64,000 bases of DNA from positions 54,730 to 118,729 of the forward strand of contig JAZDNF010000006.1 of NCBI GenBank assembly GCA_043800255.1, read 5' to 3'. The first letter of the stretch is position 1. Each line of letters starts with the position of its first letter. Below are positions 46,334 through 58,100 of this stretch, in pieces. Origin of the DNA: Candidatus Altiarchaeota archaeon. GTDB lineage: Archaea > Altiarchaeota > Altiarchaeia > IMC4 > SCGC-AAA252-I15. A model generated the notes under the pieces. That model worked only from the letters and a program-made list of their open reading frames with translations. It was not told where the DNA came from and ran no database searches. The translations under genes were made by a program, and so were the position numbers.

Positions 46334-47622
46334 GAAGAATGTTTTTTGTATTGTTAATGGGGATTTTGATGACGTCAATGGTTTCAGCCGAGATCAGGAT
46401 AGACTCTGTCAGCTTCGACCCAGCGCAGATACAGTCCGGCGACGAGGCCACAATATACGTCAAGATGCACGACAGCCTGATAGGGAGGGACCTATGGAGC
46501 GGCCAGACAACAGGCTACTCTGACAAGGGAGTCGTCCAGGAGAACCCGGATCTCTTCTATTATGCGAAACTGATCCCCAAGGACGACATCGCAAAAGAGT
46601 ACATAACGATAATAGACGGGGAGAAGAGGATAGGTCACCTCTCGCCTGGCGAGAGCTGGACCACACCCCTGAGGGTTAAGGTTGACGGCAACGCGCCTGC
46701 CGCAGACTACAAGATGGATTTTCAGGTTATACAGAGGAACGCCAAAACCCTCGCTGACGAAATAGCAAGGAGCTACCAGTTCAACATCACCGTGAAGGGG
46801 ATCATAAAACTGAACCTCCAGTCAGGCGACACACTGGATCTGGGGGCGGTGAACGATCTCTGGGTGAGCATAACAAACGAGGGCGGCGGAACCGCAAGGC
46901 ATGTCAGCATGAAGCTTGACGTGAACAACTCCTTCACAACATTGCAGTCATCTGAAGCCTACGTTGGAAGCATCTCAGGAGGGGTGCAGAGGAATGTGAC
47001 CTTCAAGATAGCGGTCGACAACGACGCAACTCCTGGAGCCTACAACATACCAGTCACCCTAGAGTATGTGAACGAGTCAGGCTCTGCGCAGAAGCTCAAC
47101 AAGACCATCGGAGTCAGAGTCGAGGGCGAACCGACCATCAGGGTCAGCCTGGACGGCGACGAGAAGTACACGGAGGGAGGCGCCAATACGGTGACGATAA
47201 ACGTGATAAACGAGGGTTTCGTTGACGTGAAGTTCCTTGACGTGCGGATTCTAGCTTCAGAGGATTATATTGTCGAATCAGCAGACAGCTCCTACATAGG
47301 AACCCTGTCCAGTGACGACTTCGACAGCGAAGACTTCACACTACGCTTCACAAAGGAGGGTATAGTGCCAGTGAACATTAGGATAATGTTCAAGGACCAG
47401 TACTCTGACAAATCCTATGAGAGGACTGAGCAGGTGAACGTCCACGTACTCAGCAAGAGCGAATACGCAGCCCTCCAGCAGGAGAACGGAGGAAGCAGCG
47501 TGCTCGGGAAGCTCCTCATACTCCCAGGTCTGTTCGTAGCCTACCTGGTCTTGTGGTTCCTCTACAAGATAATGGGTAGGATAACCGAGTGGCTGAACAG
47601 GAGATTCTTCAAGAAGGCTTAA
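46330..47622 (+). CDS. COG1361-type S-layer-domain protein
   Basis: Signal peptide, Ig-like repeats (NEGGGTA, PGAYNIPV), C-terminal TM. Confidence 0.8.
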   Translation: MRRMFFVLLMGILMTSMVSAEIRIDSVSFDPAQIQSGDEATIYVKMHDSLIGRDLWSGQTTGYSDKGVVQENPDLFYYAKLIPKDDIAKEYITIIDGEKRIGHLSPGESWTTPLRVKVDGNAPAADYKMDFQVIQRNAKTLADEIARSYQFNITVKGIIKLNLQSGDTLDLGAVNDLWVSITNEGGGTARHVSMKLDVNNSFTTLQSSEAYVGSISGGVQRNVTFKIAVDNDATPGAYNIPVTLEYVNESGSAQKLNKTIGVRVEGEPTIRVSLDGDEKYTEGGANTVTINVINEGFVDVKFLDVRILASEDYIVESADSSYIGTLSSDDFDSEDFTLRFTKEGIVPVNIRIMFKDQYSDKSYERTEQVNVHVLSKSEYAALQQENGGSSVLGKLLILPGLFVAYLVLWFLYKIMGRITEWLNRRFFKKA

Positions 47623-47648
47623 GCCTTACGCGCCCCTCTGAGGGGCGC
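47614..47648. other. Two adjacent palindromes/hairpins inside the ABC operon
   Basis: AAGGCTTAAGCCTT and GCGCCCCT-CTG-AGGGGCGC. Confidence 0.5.
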
Positions 47649-47659
47649 ACCCTCTTACC

Positions 47660-48889
47660 ATGTTCTATGACTACCTGAAGCTCGGGATAGGGAATATCAC
47701 CCACAGGAAGCTGAGGTCATGGCTGACCATGATCGGCATATTCGTGGGGATAATGACTGTGGTAGCCCTCATCTCGCTGGGCCAGGGCCTCCAGAACAGC
47801 ATAGACCGTGAATTTGAAAAGGTCGGCGGCGACAGGATAATGGTGACGCCAGGCGGCGGGGGACTGGGCATGACATCCAACCCGGGCATGTCCGACTTCA
47901 CGGCGGCGAAGCTGCGCGAAAGCGACCTAGACGTCATAAGGAACGTGAGAGGAGTCGACCAGGCGATAGGCATCCTCGTACAGTCAGGCCAGGTGAAGCT
48001 GCGGCGTGAGACAAAATATGCCCAAGTATACGGCATCGACACAGACGTAGAGACTCTCGGCTTCCTGAAGCAGTTCGACTACTTCATCGTAGACCAGGGC
48101 AGATACTTCAGGGATTCCGACAGATACAAAGCCATCGTAGGCGTTGACACCGGAGACTCGCTGTTCGACAGGGACCTCAATGTTGGCGACAAAATCTGGA
48201 TAGAAGACATAGAGTTTGACATAGTCGGCATCAACAAGAAGGCAGGCAACCCAGCCCACGACCAGAAGATAGTCATACCCCTGGAAACCGCCAAGGAAGT
48301 TTTCGGCAAGACTGATGAATTCGCGATGATAAGCGTGAAGACCGCCAAAGGCTTCGAACCTGCCAACGTCGCCGAGGAGATAAAGAAAAAACTGAGAAGG
48401 CACAGGGACGTGAAAGAGGATGAGGAGGACTTCTCAGTTGAGACCGCTGAGGCTGCGATAGAGGCCTTCAAGACCGTGCTCAACATCGTGCAGTCCTTTC
48501 TGGTGGGAATAGCAGCAATCTCCCTCATAGTGGGAGGCATAGGCATCATGACCACAATGTACACTTCGGTCACGGAGAGGACCAAACAGATTGGGATCAT
48601 GAAAGCCATCGGCGCCAGAAACTCCGACATAATGAGGATATTCCTGATAGAGTCAGGCCTGCTGGGAATGGTCGGCGGGATCATAGGAGTCGTCTTCGGT
48701 CTCATGCTCAGCAAGGGAGTCGAACAGCTGGCGCACTACTACGACATAGAACTTTTCACGGCGTGGATTTCGTGGGAGCTTATAGTTGGGGCTTTGACAT
48801 TCTCGTTCATAATAGGCTGCGTATCGGGAGTCTTCCCTGCCAGGAAAGCAGCCAGGATGAATCCCGTGGACGCATTGAGGTTCAGGTAG
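47660..48889 (+). CDS. MacB/FtsX-type ABC permease
   Basis: RSWLTMIGI, GGIGIM..M.TSVTERTKQIGIMKAIGA, PARKAARMNPVDALR. Confidence 0.95.
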   Translation: MFYDYLKLGIGNITHRKLRSWLTMIGIFVGIMTVVALISLGQGLQNSIDREFEKVGGDRIMVTPGGGGLGMTSNPGMSDFTAAKLRESDLDVIRNVRGVDQAIGILVQSGQVKLRRETKYAQVYGIDTDVETLGFLKQFDYFIVDQGRYFRDSDRYKAIVGVDTGDSLFDRDLNVGDKIWIEDIEFDIVGINKKAGNPAHDQKIVIPLETAKEVFGKTDEFAMISVKTAKGFEPANVAEEIKKKLRRHRDVKEDEEDFSVETAEAAIEAFKTVLNIVQSFLVGIAAISLIVGGIGIMTTMYTSVTERTKQIGIMKAIGARNSDIMRIFLIESGLLGMVGGIIGVVFGLMLSKGVEQLAHYYDIELFTAWISWELIVGALTFSFIIGCVSGVFPARKAARMNPVDALRFR

Positions 48890-48890
48890 G

Positions 48891-50105
48891 ATGATAGGAG
48901 ACTATTTCAGGCTTGCGATAGGGAACATAAGGCACAAGGGCATAAGAAGCGTGCTGACGATGATAGGCATCTTCATCGGAATAGCTGCGGTAGTCTCCCT
49001 GATATCTCTTGGAGAGGGCCTGCAGAACGCCATAAACGAGCAGTTCGAGATGCTGGGCAGCAACTATGTCATGATAATGCCCGGCGGAAACTGGGGCATG
49101 ACCAGCGGCTCGTCAAAGCTGATGGAGAAAGACCTGAAGCTGATAAGGAACGTGAGGGGAGTCAGCATGGCTGCAGGCAGCATGGCCAAGACCGCAAAGC
49201 TGAAGTACAAGGACGAGATAAAGTACTATTTTGTCATCGGGTTTCCCACAGACGACAGCCAGGACATCTGGCTTAAGGGCTCCGGCATAAAGGTCATCGA
49301 AGGACAGAAGGAATTTAAACCGTCTGACAGGTACAAGGCAGCTCTGGGATACCTCTACGCCAAGGGAGATGTGTTCGACCGCCCTGTGAACGTCGGGGAC
49401 ACCCTCTACATACAGGACCAGAAGTTCGACGTCGTCGGAAGGATAAGCGAGATAGGGAACCCAAGCGATGATTCCCAAATTTACATACCAACTCAGACGT
49501 TCAAGGACATGTTCGGCATCAAAGAGGACGAGTATATGGTCATCATGGCCAGGACTAAGGAGAACTTCGACCCGGCTGACGTCGCGGAGGACATCGAGAA
49601 AACCCTCAGGAGGAGCAGAGGCCTCAAGGAGGGTGAGGAGGACTTTCAAGTGCTGACGACGGAGCAGATGAAGGAGAGCGTCGGAACAGTGCTTGACACC
49701 GTGAATGCGATACTGTTGGGCATCGCCGCAATCTCACTCATAGTGGGAGGCATAGGCATCATGAACAGCATGTACACTTCCGTCCTTGAGAGGACGCAGG
49801 AGATAGGCGTCATGAAGGCAATCGGGGCGAAAAACTCAGACGTACTTAAGCTGTTCCTCATAGAGTCAGGCATCATGGGCATGGTCGGGGGGGCGGTAGG
49901 CATCATAATAGGCGTCGGACTCGGCAAGAGCGTGGAATATGCCACATCCCAGACGTCCTCGGGAGCCCTGCTGAAGGCCGACATAAGCTGGCAGCTCATA
50001 GTCGGGGCCCTCGCATTCTCGTTCATAGTGGGCTGCGTCTCCGGCGTGATGCCCGCAAGGCAGGCCTCCAGACTGAAACCGGTGGACGCGCTAAGGTACG
50101 AGTGA
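48891..50105 (+). CDS. MacB/FtsX-type ABC permease (second paralogue)
   Basis: Same motifs: ERTQEIGVMKAIGA, PVDALRYE. Confidence 0.95.
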   Translation: MIGDYFRLAIGNIRHKGIRSVLTMIGIFIGIAAVVSLISLGEGLQNAINEQFEMLGSNYVMIMPGGNWGMTSGSSKLMEKDLKLIRNVRGVSMAAGSMAKTAKLKYKDEIKYYFVIGFPTDDSQDIWLKGSGIKVIEGQKEFKPSDRYKAALGYLYAKGDVFDRPVNVGDTLYIQDQKFDVVGRISEIGNPSDDSQIYIPTQTFKDMFGIKEDEYMVIMARTKENFDPADVAEDIEKTLRRSRGLKEGEEDFQVLTTEQMKESVGTVLDTVNAILLGIAAISLIVGGIGIMNSMYTSVLERTQEIGVMKAIGAKNSDVLKLFLIESGIMGMVGGAVGIIIGVGLGKSVEYATSQTSSGALLKADISWQLIVGALAFSFIVGCVSGVMPARQASRLKPVDALRYE

Positions 50106-50121
50106 GGGCTTCCTATGTGTA

Positions 50122-50628
50122 TTATCTGACGCCTGAGAAAAAAATCTGCGCCAGCATTCCCGCAATGGGCGGGAAGAAGAACGTGCACGCCAAACGGATT
50201 AATGTGAACTTCCACCCCATTATCCCAACCTCCATCGGCAGCCTGCTGAACGCCCACAGCGACCAGGCTGTGATGAACGCGACCATAGTCCCGACGCTGG
50301 CGCCCGCACGAAAAAGCCCGGCGGCAATCGGAAGGCTTACGTAGGGGCCTCCAGGCGCGAAAGCTCCGGCAACCGTGCCTGTCATTATCCCGCGGAATCC
50401 TGACTCTGAGCCAACCCACCGGGATATGGTCTCCTGCGGGATTAGCGCCTGCACCATCCCAGCCACAACGAAGGCGAACAGCAGCATTGGGAGTATTTCA
50501 ACAGTCATTGCGAACGCCATCTTCAGCCCGCTGACATGCTGTCCTCCGCCCCTAGAATATCCTATGAACACCAGTAATGCAGCGAGGGCACCGGTAACCG
50601 CAGTCGCAGCCAGCATCTGGGAGTTCAT
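50122..50628 (-). CDS. DUF318/ArsP-type permease
   Basis: ILPMLLFAF, PGGPYVSLPIAA, GASVG; ATG at 50628 is the likely start. Confidence 0.8.
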   Translation of the reverse strand: MNSQMLAATAVTGALAALLVFIGYSRGGGQHVSGLKMAFAMTVEILPMLLFAFVVAGMVQALIPQETISRWVGSESGFRGIMTGTVAGAFAPGGPYVSLPIAAGLFRAGASVGTMVAFITAWSLWAFSRLPMEVGIMGWKFTLIRLACTFFFPPIAGMLAQIFFSGVR

Positions 50629-50788
50629 ACTCAAAGTCAGAGTAATATATGTCAGACCCAGTATATATGACAAAACCTGCGACAATGCTGACTTGCCATC
50701 CAATAAGGTCCGAGGATATATGCTGCGGCAGCCTCTGCAGTAAGGCGACTGACCTTTTTTATTCTTTCGAGGGTATCAATAACATGTC

Positions 50789-51838
50789 ATGAAAATCCGT
50801 GAGCCCCATTGGATAGTCTTCGGGCTGGTTCTTACAGTCCTCCTGTGGAAGATGATCGCGCAGTTCATCGGAGTCCTGGTGTATGGTCTGTTCATCTATT
50901 ACATATCACGGAGGGCCTACAGCTGGCTTCTCCTAAGGCTTGAGTCCGCGTGGGCCGCGGCCTTCGTCTCGCTCATAATCATAATACTCCCGCTGATGAT
51001 AATCATAACCTACACCATCGGCGTCGCAGCCGTCGAGCTAAAGCAGCTTCTGGTTGTGCTTAACCTATCCTCCACGCAGATCATAAAGCGGCTTGTAGGG
51101 ACCAGCACAGCAGCCTTCGAGACGATAGCCCCGCAGGACATATTCAACGTCGCGAGAGAGAACGCCGAAGCAGGGAAGACACTGTATAAGCTGGGAATAG
51201 CGGCCTTGGGCGTGATCTTCAAGCTGCTGCTGGCTTTCATCGTCGCATTCTACATACTCTTGGACGGCTCAAGGCTCAGGAACTGGTTTGTGGGCACCTT
51301 CTTCAAGGACGAGAGGAAGCTGGTATCACAGTACTTTGACGACATAGACCACTCCTTCTACAGGGTTTTCTTCGGCAACATCCTCACCGCAGGTTTCACC
51401 GCAGTCGTCGGAGCGATAACCTTCAGCTTCCTGAACATCATAGCCCCGCATCCGGCGCTGAAGCTGCCATATCCCGTGCTCTTGGGCATACTGTGCGGCA
51501 TCGCCAACCTGATTCCGATGATAGGGATGAAGCTCGTCTGGGTTCCAGTCGGCCTTTACGTTCTCTTCCAGATGTATGTCCTAAACCTCTTCCCGGTGAT
51601 ATGGTTCCTGCTGCTTTTCCTGATACTCGTGAACATACTCGTCGACATCTTCCCGGACCTGATACTCAGGCCTTACATCGCCGGCGACGGGATGCACAAG
51701 GGGATAATGTTCTTCTCGTTCATACTGGGCACTTGGACGTTCGGGTTCGTGGGCATATTCATAGGCCCCATAATAGTGATAGTCAGCTCGAACTTCGTCA
51801 AGACCATACTCCCCGAGATCAGGGGCGTGAAATCTTAG
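50789..51838 (+). CDS. AI-2E (PerM) family transporter
   Basis: FYILLDG, NLIPMIG, DLILRP, FGFVGIFIGP. Confidence 0.9.
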   Translation: MKIREPHWIVFGLVLTVLLWKMIAQFIGVLVYGLFIYYISRRAYSWLLLRLESAWAAAFVSLIIIILPLMIIITYTIGVAAVELKQLLVVLNLSSTQIIKRLVGTSTAAFETIAPQDIFNVARENAEAGKTLYKLGIAALGVIFKLLLAFIVAFYILLDGSRLRNWFVGTFFKDERKLVSQYFDDIDHSFYRVFFGNILTAGFTAVVGAITFSFLNIIAPHPALKLPYPVLLGILCGIANLIPMIGMKLVWVPVGLYVLFQMYVLNLFPVIWFLLLFLILVNILVDIFPDLILRPYIAGDGMHKGIMFFSFILGTWTFGFVGIFIGPIIVIVSSNFVKTILPEIRGVKS

Positions 51839-51870
51839 GCTATTTTTTACAGTCTTCATAATAGGTTACC

Positions 51871-53259
51871 ATGGGAGCTGACGACTTCTCGGACTGGTAC
51901 CATAAGATCCTCGAGGACGCTGAGATAATCGACATAAGGTTCAGCATAAAGGGGATGCCAGTGTACAGGAGGTGGGGCATCACCATGGTGAGGGAGATGC
52001 AGCGGTTCCTTGAAATTCTCCTGGAGGATGACGGCCACGAGCCCGTCCTATTCCCAGTCCTGATCCCGGAGGACGTGATGGGCAAGGAATCAGAGCATAT
52101 TGCAGGCTTCGAGGAGCAGGTCTTCTGGGTCACACACGCAGGCGGAACGCCTCTGGAAAGGAGGATGGCGTTGCGGCCGACCTCTGAGACGTCGATGTAT
52201 GACATGTTCTCCCTTTGGATAAGAAGCCATACAGATTTACCGTTGAAGATACACCAGAGCGTCGCAGTCTACAGGTACGAGACGAAACACACGAGGCCTC
52301 TCATACGGGGGAGGGAGTTCCTCTGGAACGAGGGCCACACAGCCTTCGCTTCCGAGGAGGACGCCGAAGAGAATATCAAAACGATAATCAAAATCTATGG
52401 GAAACTCATCAACGAGCTCCTCTGCCTGCCGTTCCAGGTGAACAGGAGGCCTGACTGGGACAAGTTCCCGGGAGCAGTGTACACTCTCGCCTTTGAGACT
52501 CTGATGCCGGACGGCAGGACACTGCAGCTGGCGACAGCCCACAACCTCGGGCAGAACTTCTCGAAACCGTTTAACATAGCATACGAGGACGCTGGCGGAG
52601 AGCACAGGCTCGTATACCAGACATCCTATGGGCCTGGCTTCGGGAGGCTTCTTGCCGCGGTAATCTCAGTCCACGGCGACGGGAAGGGCATGGTACTGCC
52701 CCCGAAAATCGCGCCGGTGCAGGTTGTCATCGTCCCCGTACTCTTCAAGGACAAGGACAGGAAGGAGGTGGAAGAGTACAGCAGAAGCCTTGTAGACAGC
52801 CTGAAAAAGCAGGGCTTCAGGGTCAAGTTGGACGACTCTGACAGCAGGCCTGGCGTCAAATACTACCACTGGGAGATGAAGGGCGTCCCCGTAAGGCTGG
52901 AAGCTGGGCCGAGGGAGGTCAAGGCCGGGAAGGTTGTGGCTGTGAGGAGGGACACCGGCAAGAAGGAGCTAGTTGCATTGGACGGACTGGACATCACTTC
53001 CATCTTCAAAGAGATAGAGGACAACCTCAGGAAGAAGGCGCAGAAGAGGTTCGACGAGCGCATGTTCAAGGCCGAAACACTTGATGACCTGAAGAAGCAC
53101 GTCGGCGTCGGCATAGCGACTGCAGGCTGGTGCCAGACCGACGACTGCGCTAAGTCTATAGACGAGTTGGGCACGATACTGATGATGGAGGACAAACCCC
53201 ACACGTGCGCCGTGTGCGGCGGACCGGGAAAACTGATCAGGGTTGCGAGGACATACTAG
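51871..53259 (+). CDS. proS: Proline--tRNA ligase, archaeal/eukaryotic type
   Basis: LRPTSET, YRYETKHTRPLIRGREF, HNLGQNF, WEMKGVP, C-terminal ARTY. Confidence 0.97.
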   Translation: MGADDFSDWYHKILEDAEIIDIRFSIKGMPVYRRWGITMVREMQRFLEILLEDDGHEPVLFPVLIPEDVMGKESEHIAGFEEQVFWVTHAGGTPLERRMALRPTSETSMYDMFSLWIRSHTDLPLKIHQSVAVYRYETKHTRPLIRGREFLWNEGHTAFASEEDAEENIKTIIKIYGKLINELLCLPFQVNRRPDWDKFPGAVYTLAFETLMPDGRTLQLATAHNLGQNFSKPFNIAYEDAGGEHRLVYQTSYGPGFGRLLAAVISVHGDGKGMVLPPKIAPVQVVIVPVLFKDKDRKEVEEYSRSLVDSLKKQGFRVKLDDSDSRPGVKYYHWEMKGVPVRLEAGPREVKAGKVVAVRRDTGKKELVALDGLDITSIFKEIEDNLRKKAQKRFDERMFKAETLDDLKKHVGVGIATAGWCQTDDCAKSIDELGTILMMEDKPHTCAVCGGPGKLIRVARTY

Positions 53260-53260
53260 G

Positions 53261-54658
53261 ATGGACTCTAAGACGAAGATTATATGCACCATAGGGCCTG
53301 CCTCAGAGAGGAGGAACACGCTAAGAGAGATGCTCAGGGCAGGTATGGACGCCATCAGGATAAACGCCTCCCACGGGACCATGGACGAGTACAGGCAGAT
53401 AATCTCAAACGTCAGGTCACTTTCAGACATTCCGATAATATTGGACATCATAGGCCCCGAGATCAGGATAAAGTCGAAGGAGGAGCTGATGCTGAGGAAG
53501 GGCCTGGAGTTCGAAGTCGGCTTCGACAAATCACATGACAGGTACATAACCTTCGACTTCTACGACCATGTCAAGCGGGGAGACCATATTCTGCTGGCCG
53601 ACGGCCTGCTGTATACCAGAGTCGTCGGCAAGAAGAACCACACCCTCACCCTGAAGTCAACGTCAGAGGGCCTGCTTAAGGTGAACAAGAGCGCGTCAGT
53701 GCCTGGCAGAAGATTCGATGTGAAATTGTTCTCAAAGTATGATCTCAAGCTTATCGAATTCGCCAAACGCCTTAAGCTGGATTTCATCTCGATGTCCTTC
53801 GTGAGGGGCAGCGATGACGTCCTGAAGCTGAGGAAGATTCTCGGAAACTCGGGAATCGGGATAATCTCCAAGATAGAGAACGTCGACGGCGTCAGGAACA
53901 TAGACTCCATCATAGGCGTCTCAGACGGTATCATGGTCGCCAGAGGCGATTTGGGAGTTGACCTGCCGCCTCAGAAGCTTCCCATGGTGCAGAAGGACAT
54001 CATCAGAAGGTGCAACATCGTTGGCATGCCCGTCACAGTTGCCACGGAGATGCTGGCTTCGATGGTTGAGAAGCCCAGACCCAGTAGAGCCGAGGCCAGC
54101 GACGTCGCCAACGCCGTCTTAGACGGGGCGGACTCTGTGATGCTCTCTGATGAGACAACAGTAGGAGCCTACCCTGTCGAGGCTGTCTCGATGATGAGCA
54201 GAATACTTTTGGAGGTGGAGCCGCACGTCAGAACGACGCTGCCGATGGAGGAGACTAGGAGCGTGTCAGAGTCAATCGCGAGGGCTGTCTCCAACACATG
54301 CTCCCACTTGAAGATAGACGTCATAGTCACATTCACCCGCTCAGGCCACACTTCAAAGCTCGTGTCAAGGTACAGGCCGCGGCAGGACATCATAGCAGTC
54401 ACCAGCGACCCGAAACTGAAGAGGATGCTGGACTTGGTCTACGGGGTGAGGCCTGTGGTCTACGAGGACATGCGCCTCAGGGACAGAACTTATAATTGCG
54501 CGCGGTTCCTGCACAAGACAGGGAGGATAAACAAGTCTGATAGGGTGTTATTCACAGCCGGCGCCTACAGCATGAAACAGCACCGCACCAACCTCCTCGA
54601 AATCCACAGAATAGACGACCTCTTCGACTACTACAGGCGAAACTCGCTCATACGATAG
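53261..54658 (+). CDS. pyk: Pyruvate kinase
   Basis: TKIICTIGP, RINASHG, SKIEN, IMVARGDLG, RAEASDVANAVLDGAD; ATG at 53261. Confidence 0.96.
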   Translation: MDSKTKIICTIGPASERRNTLREMLRAGMDAIRINASHGTMDEYRQIISNVRSLSDIPIILDIIGPEIRIKSKEELMLRKGLEFEVGFDKSHDRYITFDFYDHVKRGDHILLADGLLYTRVVGKKNHTLTLKSTSEGLLKVNKSASVPGRRFDVKLFSKYDLKLIEFAKRLKLDFISMSFVRGSDDVLKLRKILGNSGIGIISKIENVDGVRNIDSIIGVSDGIMVARGDLGVDLPPQKLPMVQKDIIRRCNIVGMPVTVATEMLASMVEKPRPSRAEASDVANAVLDGADSVMLSDETTVGAYPVEAVSMMSRILLEVEPHVRTTLPMEETRSVSESIARAVSNTCSHLKIDVIVTFTRSGHTSKLVSRYRPRQDIIAVTSDPKLKRMLDLVYGVRPVVYEDMRLRDRTYNCARFLHKTGRINKSDRVLFTAGAYSMKQHRTNLLEIHRIDDLFDYYRRNSLIR

Positions 54659-54681
54659 ACCAGCCTATAGCCTGGTTTTTT
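54658..54681 (+). terminator. Hairpin plus T-tract after pyk
   Basis: accag-cctatagc-ctggt followed by a T run. Confidence 0.4.
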
Positions 54682-54757
54682 CTGTGAACTCTCGGGGCTT
54701 CATGACCTGCCCGCGGAGTTTTACATGGAATAGGTGCTAGAAAAGCTGCATGAACAG

Positions 54758-54955
54758 TCATTTGCCCATGTTCTTGAATTTCACAGAGTGCTGTTCTCCT
54801 GCTGTGCCCCAATTCTCCTTGGGAATCTCTTCAATGATTACGGTGACAGCCTGCGCCGGGATGTTCATATCTGTGAAAACAGCGGTGATCCCTTCAATCA
54901 CCTGCTTCTTCATGTCATCGTCCAAGGGCCACGTCCTAACACTAACAACTGGCAT
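54758..54955 (-). CDS. 4-oxalocrotonate tautomerase family protein
   Basis: Start MPVV (catalytic Pro1), VIIEEIPKENWGTAG; SD GGAGGT upstream. Confidence 0.9.
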   Translation of the reverse strand: MPVVSVRTWPLDDDMKKQVIEGITAVFTDMNIPAQAVTVIIEEIPKENWGTAGEQHSVKFKNMGK

Positions 54956-55143
54956 GATGATACCACCTCCGAGATAGGATAGGATGGAAAAAATAAAAAT
55001 GGCATTTTGAGGGGATGGAAATTCATGAGAGTACATGCCATTGCAGCTTGCCGCGAACTCGTCCATTACGCTTATGCCACAGCTGAAGAACATGTGACCA
55101 AACATCAATTCGCCACTCAAACCTGTTATCTGGTCAGAGCTGA

Positions 55144-58100
55144 TTATTTCTTCAATCTTACGGTCACTGTGTAACTCTTCCCGTCGTCAAGCGTTACCCG
55201 TATGTCCAGTTCGCCTGCTGCAAGGCCCTTGGTCTCCAGGTTGAATATGTACTGCTGGTCTACAGGATCGTATCTGAAGATATTGCCCGACGCTGCCTTG
55301 CCTGCCGGAGTCGCATCCTCCCACGGCCCGCCATTGCTGCTCACCTCTAAACCCGCGACCGCTGTTGGAACATACGCTCCGTAGGCGTCTTTTAACTGGA
55401 ATTTGACAGGTATTTTGCTCCCAAGCTTGAAGTCTGCCTTCAGCAGGCCGAACAGTCTTTTGGCCACGGGCGGTAAGATACCTCCAAAGTCATAGGCCAC
55501 ACTGTAGGTGACCGTCTCTGTCACTGTGTTCCCAGCCGCGTCTGTTGCGCTGACAGTGTACACTTTGATTCCAACGACTGCAGTGTCTATTGGAATCCCA
55601 TTTTCGGTTGTGCCGCTCTGTGCTACAACACCAGACAGTAGATCAGAGACGCTCCACCCAGCCAACACATTCTGACTGAGAGCATATTCTCCGCCGTCGG
55701 CTGGAGAGGTTAATGTTATGACAGGCGCTGTCTTGTCGATGCTGATCCCGGACACGGTTGCCGACGCACTGTTCCCAGCCAAATCAACACAGGTTCCCGA
55801 TGTGGACTGGCCAGCAGCTTCGGCGCTCAACGTCTGATCTTCAGACAACGCCCCTACACCAGACAACGCATCTGCGCAGACATAATGTACTGTCACGTCG
55901 GTGTTATACCAGCCTGCGCCGTTAGGATCGGACGACGGCGCACCGCCTATGACAGGCGCTGTCTTGTCGATGCTGATCCCAGACACGGTTGCAGACGCAC
56001 TGTTCCCAGCCAAATCAACACAATTCCCGAGAACCGACCGGTTGGCGCCTTCAACAGTAAGAATCTGGTCACCGGTAACAGTATAAACGCCAGAGCCGCT
56101 GTCAACACAATCAAAGTGGACTGTCACATCACTATTGTACCAGCCTGCGCCATTAGGATTGGACATCGGTCCGCCACCTATTACAGGCGGCAGGGTATCC
56201 TGGACTTTTACCGTGAAAGTTACGGGTGTCGCGCTGTTGCCAGCAGCGTCTTCCGCTGTGCAGGTGACAATCGTCTCCCCAAGCGCGAAAACTGAGCCAG
56301 AAGTCGGGGCACATGTTGCAACTCCCGCCCCGTCAACAATATCGTTTGTTGCAGTAGAGTCGTATGTTACAACCGCGCCGGCAGGAGAAGTTGCTTCTGC
56401 AACAATATCATCGTGGGCTTCTATCACCGGCGGCGTGGTGTCAACCACGGTAACCGTTGCCGTGCATGATGCAGTGTTCTCGTTGTCATCCTCTGCCGTG
56501 AAGGTCACAGTCGTGTCGCCCAGAGGGTAGACGTCCAACTTAGTGTCGGTTAAAACCAGGTCAGAATCACACGCATCGGCGGCGGTGGCCGACAAAGGCA
56601 CGACCGCGCCAGAGCTGGATTCTGCCTCAACCGTCACATCTTCTGGGCACTCTATTTTCGGAGGTGTTGTATCCTCTACAGTTACCAGCATCGAACAACC
56701 GGCGCTGTTATTCTCATCATCCTCTGCCGTGAAGGTCACAGTCGTGTCGCCCAGAGGATAAACATCTAACTCGGTGTCAGTTAACACGGGGGTTGAATCG
56801 CACACGTCAGCGGCTGTGGCTGTTAGAGGCACATCTACACCAACATAAGACGCACACTCTGCAGTCACATCACCAGGACACACAACCTCAGGCACACCCG
56901 TATCAGTCACGGTAACCCTTACATTACATGATGCCGTGTTCCCGGCATCGTCTTTCGCTGTGAAGGTCACAGTAGTTTCGCCCATTGGGTAAACATCCAG
57001 TGCAGTGTCAGACAACACCGGCGTTGGATCGCACACATCCGCAGCACTGGATGCTAAAGGCACAGCCGCGCCAGCATAAGACGCACACTCTGCAGTCACA
57101 TCACCAGGACACACAACCTCAGGCGCAACCGTGTCAGTCACGGTAACGGATACGCTGCAGGTGGCGTTATTGCCGTAACCATCAGTCGCAGTGTATAGTA
57201 CGGGAGTTATGCCGAGAGGATAGCTTGAAGCACCGGGGTTTGTAACAGTGTAGGACGAGCAAGCGTCCCAGACAGTCGCATCGCCAGGGTCGACCATAGC
57301 CTGCAGGTTCTGCGCGCATTCAGCAGTGGCTGCTGTCGGGCAGGTTATTGAAGGCGAATTGCAGTCTCTCACCGTCACGACAGCGCTGCAGCTGTCACTG
57401 GCTCCGGAATCATCGCTAACTTCCAGGGATACTGTGCGGCTTCCCACGCCAAATGGTCCTGCAGGATCCTGTGTGACAGTTATGGGGTCAGCATCTGGAT
57501 CATATGAGCCTCCGTTTACGCTAACAGCAACTGTGCATGTGGCTGAGCTGACGCATTTGGCCATATTGCTGCAGACTGCGACAGGCGGCTCATTTTCTTC
57601 AGTGACTGGCGAGTCAATGACAGTTCTCAATATCGTATTGCATGTGTAGTAGCCGACGCTAAGCGGCGGCGCAAGGCCGATGCCAAAGCCAAAACTGTCT
57701 TGTGTCCCCATAAGCTCCCCATCCTGGTTGAAAGCCTGTGCGGTAGAGATTGAAACAAAATCGCCTACGCCCGCCGACTGGACGAAGTTTACGGACGCGT
57801 CCTCAAAGTCGTCGTATGAGTTGTAAAATCCGACTGTGGCGAAGTCTGATATCCCTATGCTTGCCTCTCCGCCTGTGCAGTAGGACAGGTAGCAGCCATA
57901 TCTGCCGTCCTGCCCGTATACGGTACCCACCTCATCGGTGGCGCCCACTCCGACGGTTGCGGCGCTGCCTCCGCCGAAATTCATCGTGACAGCCCCGTCT
58001 TTAGCGCTCTTGTGCGTTTTTGAGCTGTACATTGCGAGGCACGAGTCTTCGTCGATGCTATCATGGCTTGGCTCTGGGAAACACTGGGATGGGTAATCGC

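Noticed and set aside
49646-50419. 257-aa minus-strand ORF
   Set aside because: Antisense or off-frame shadow spanning two real permease genes.
54956-55120. N-terminal extension of the tautomerase ORF
   Set aside because: The family requires Pro1, and an SD precedes ATG 54955.
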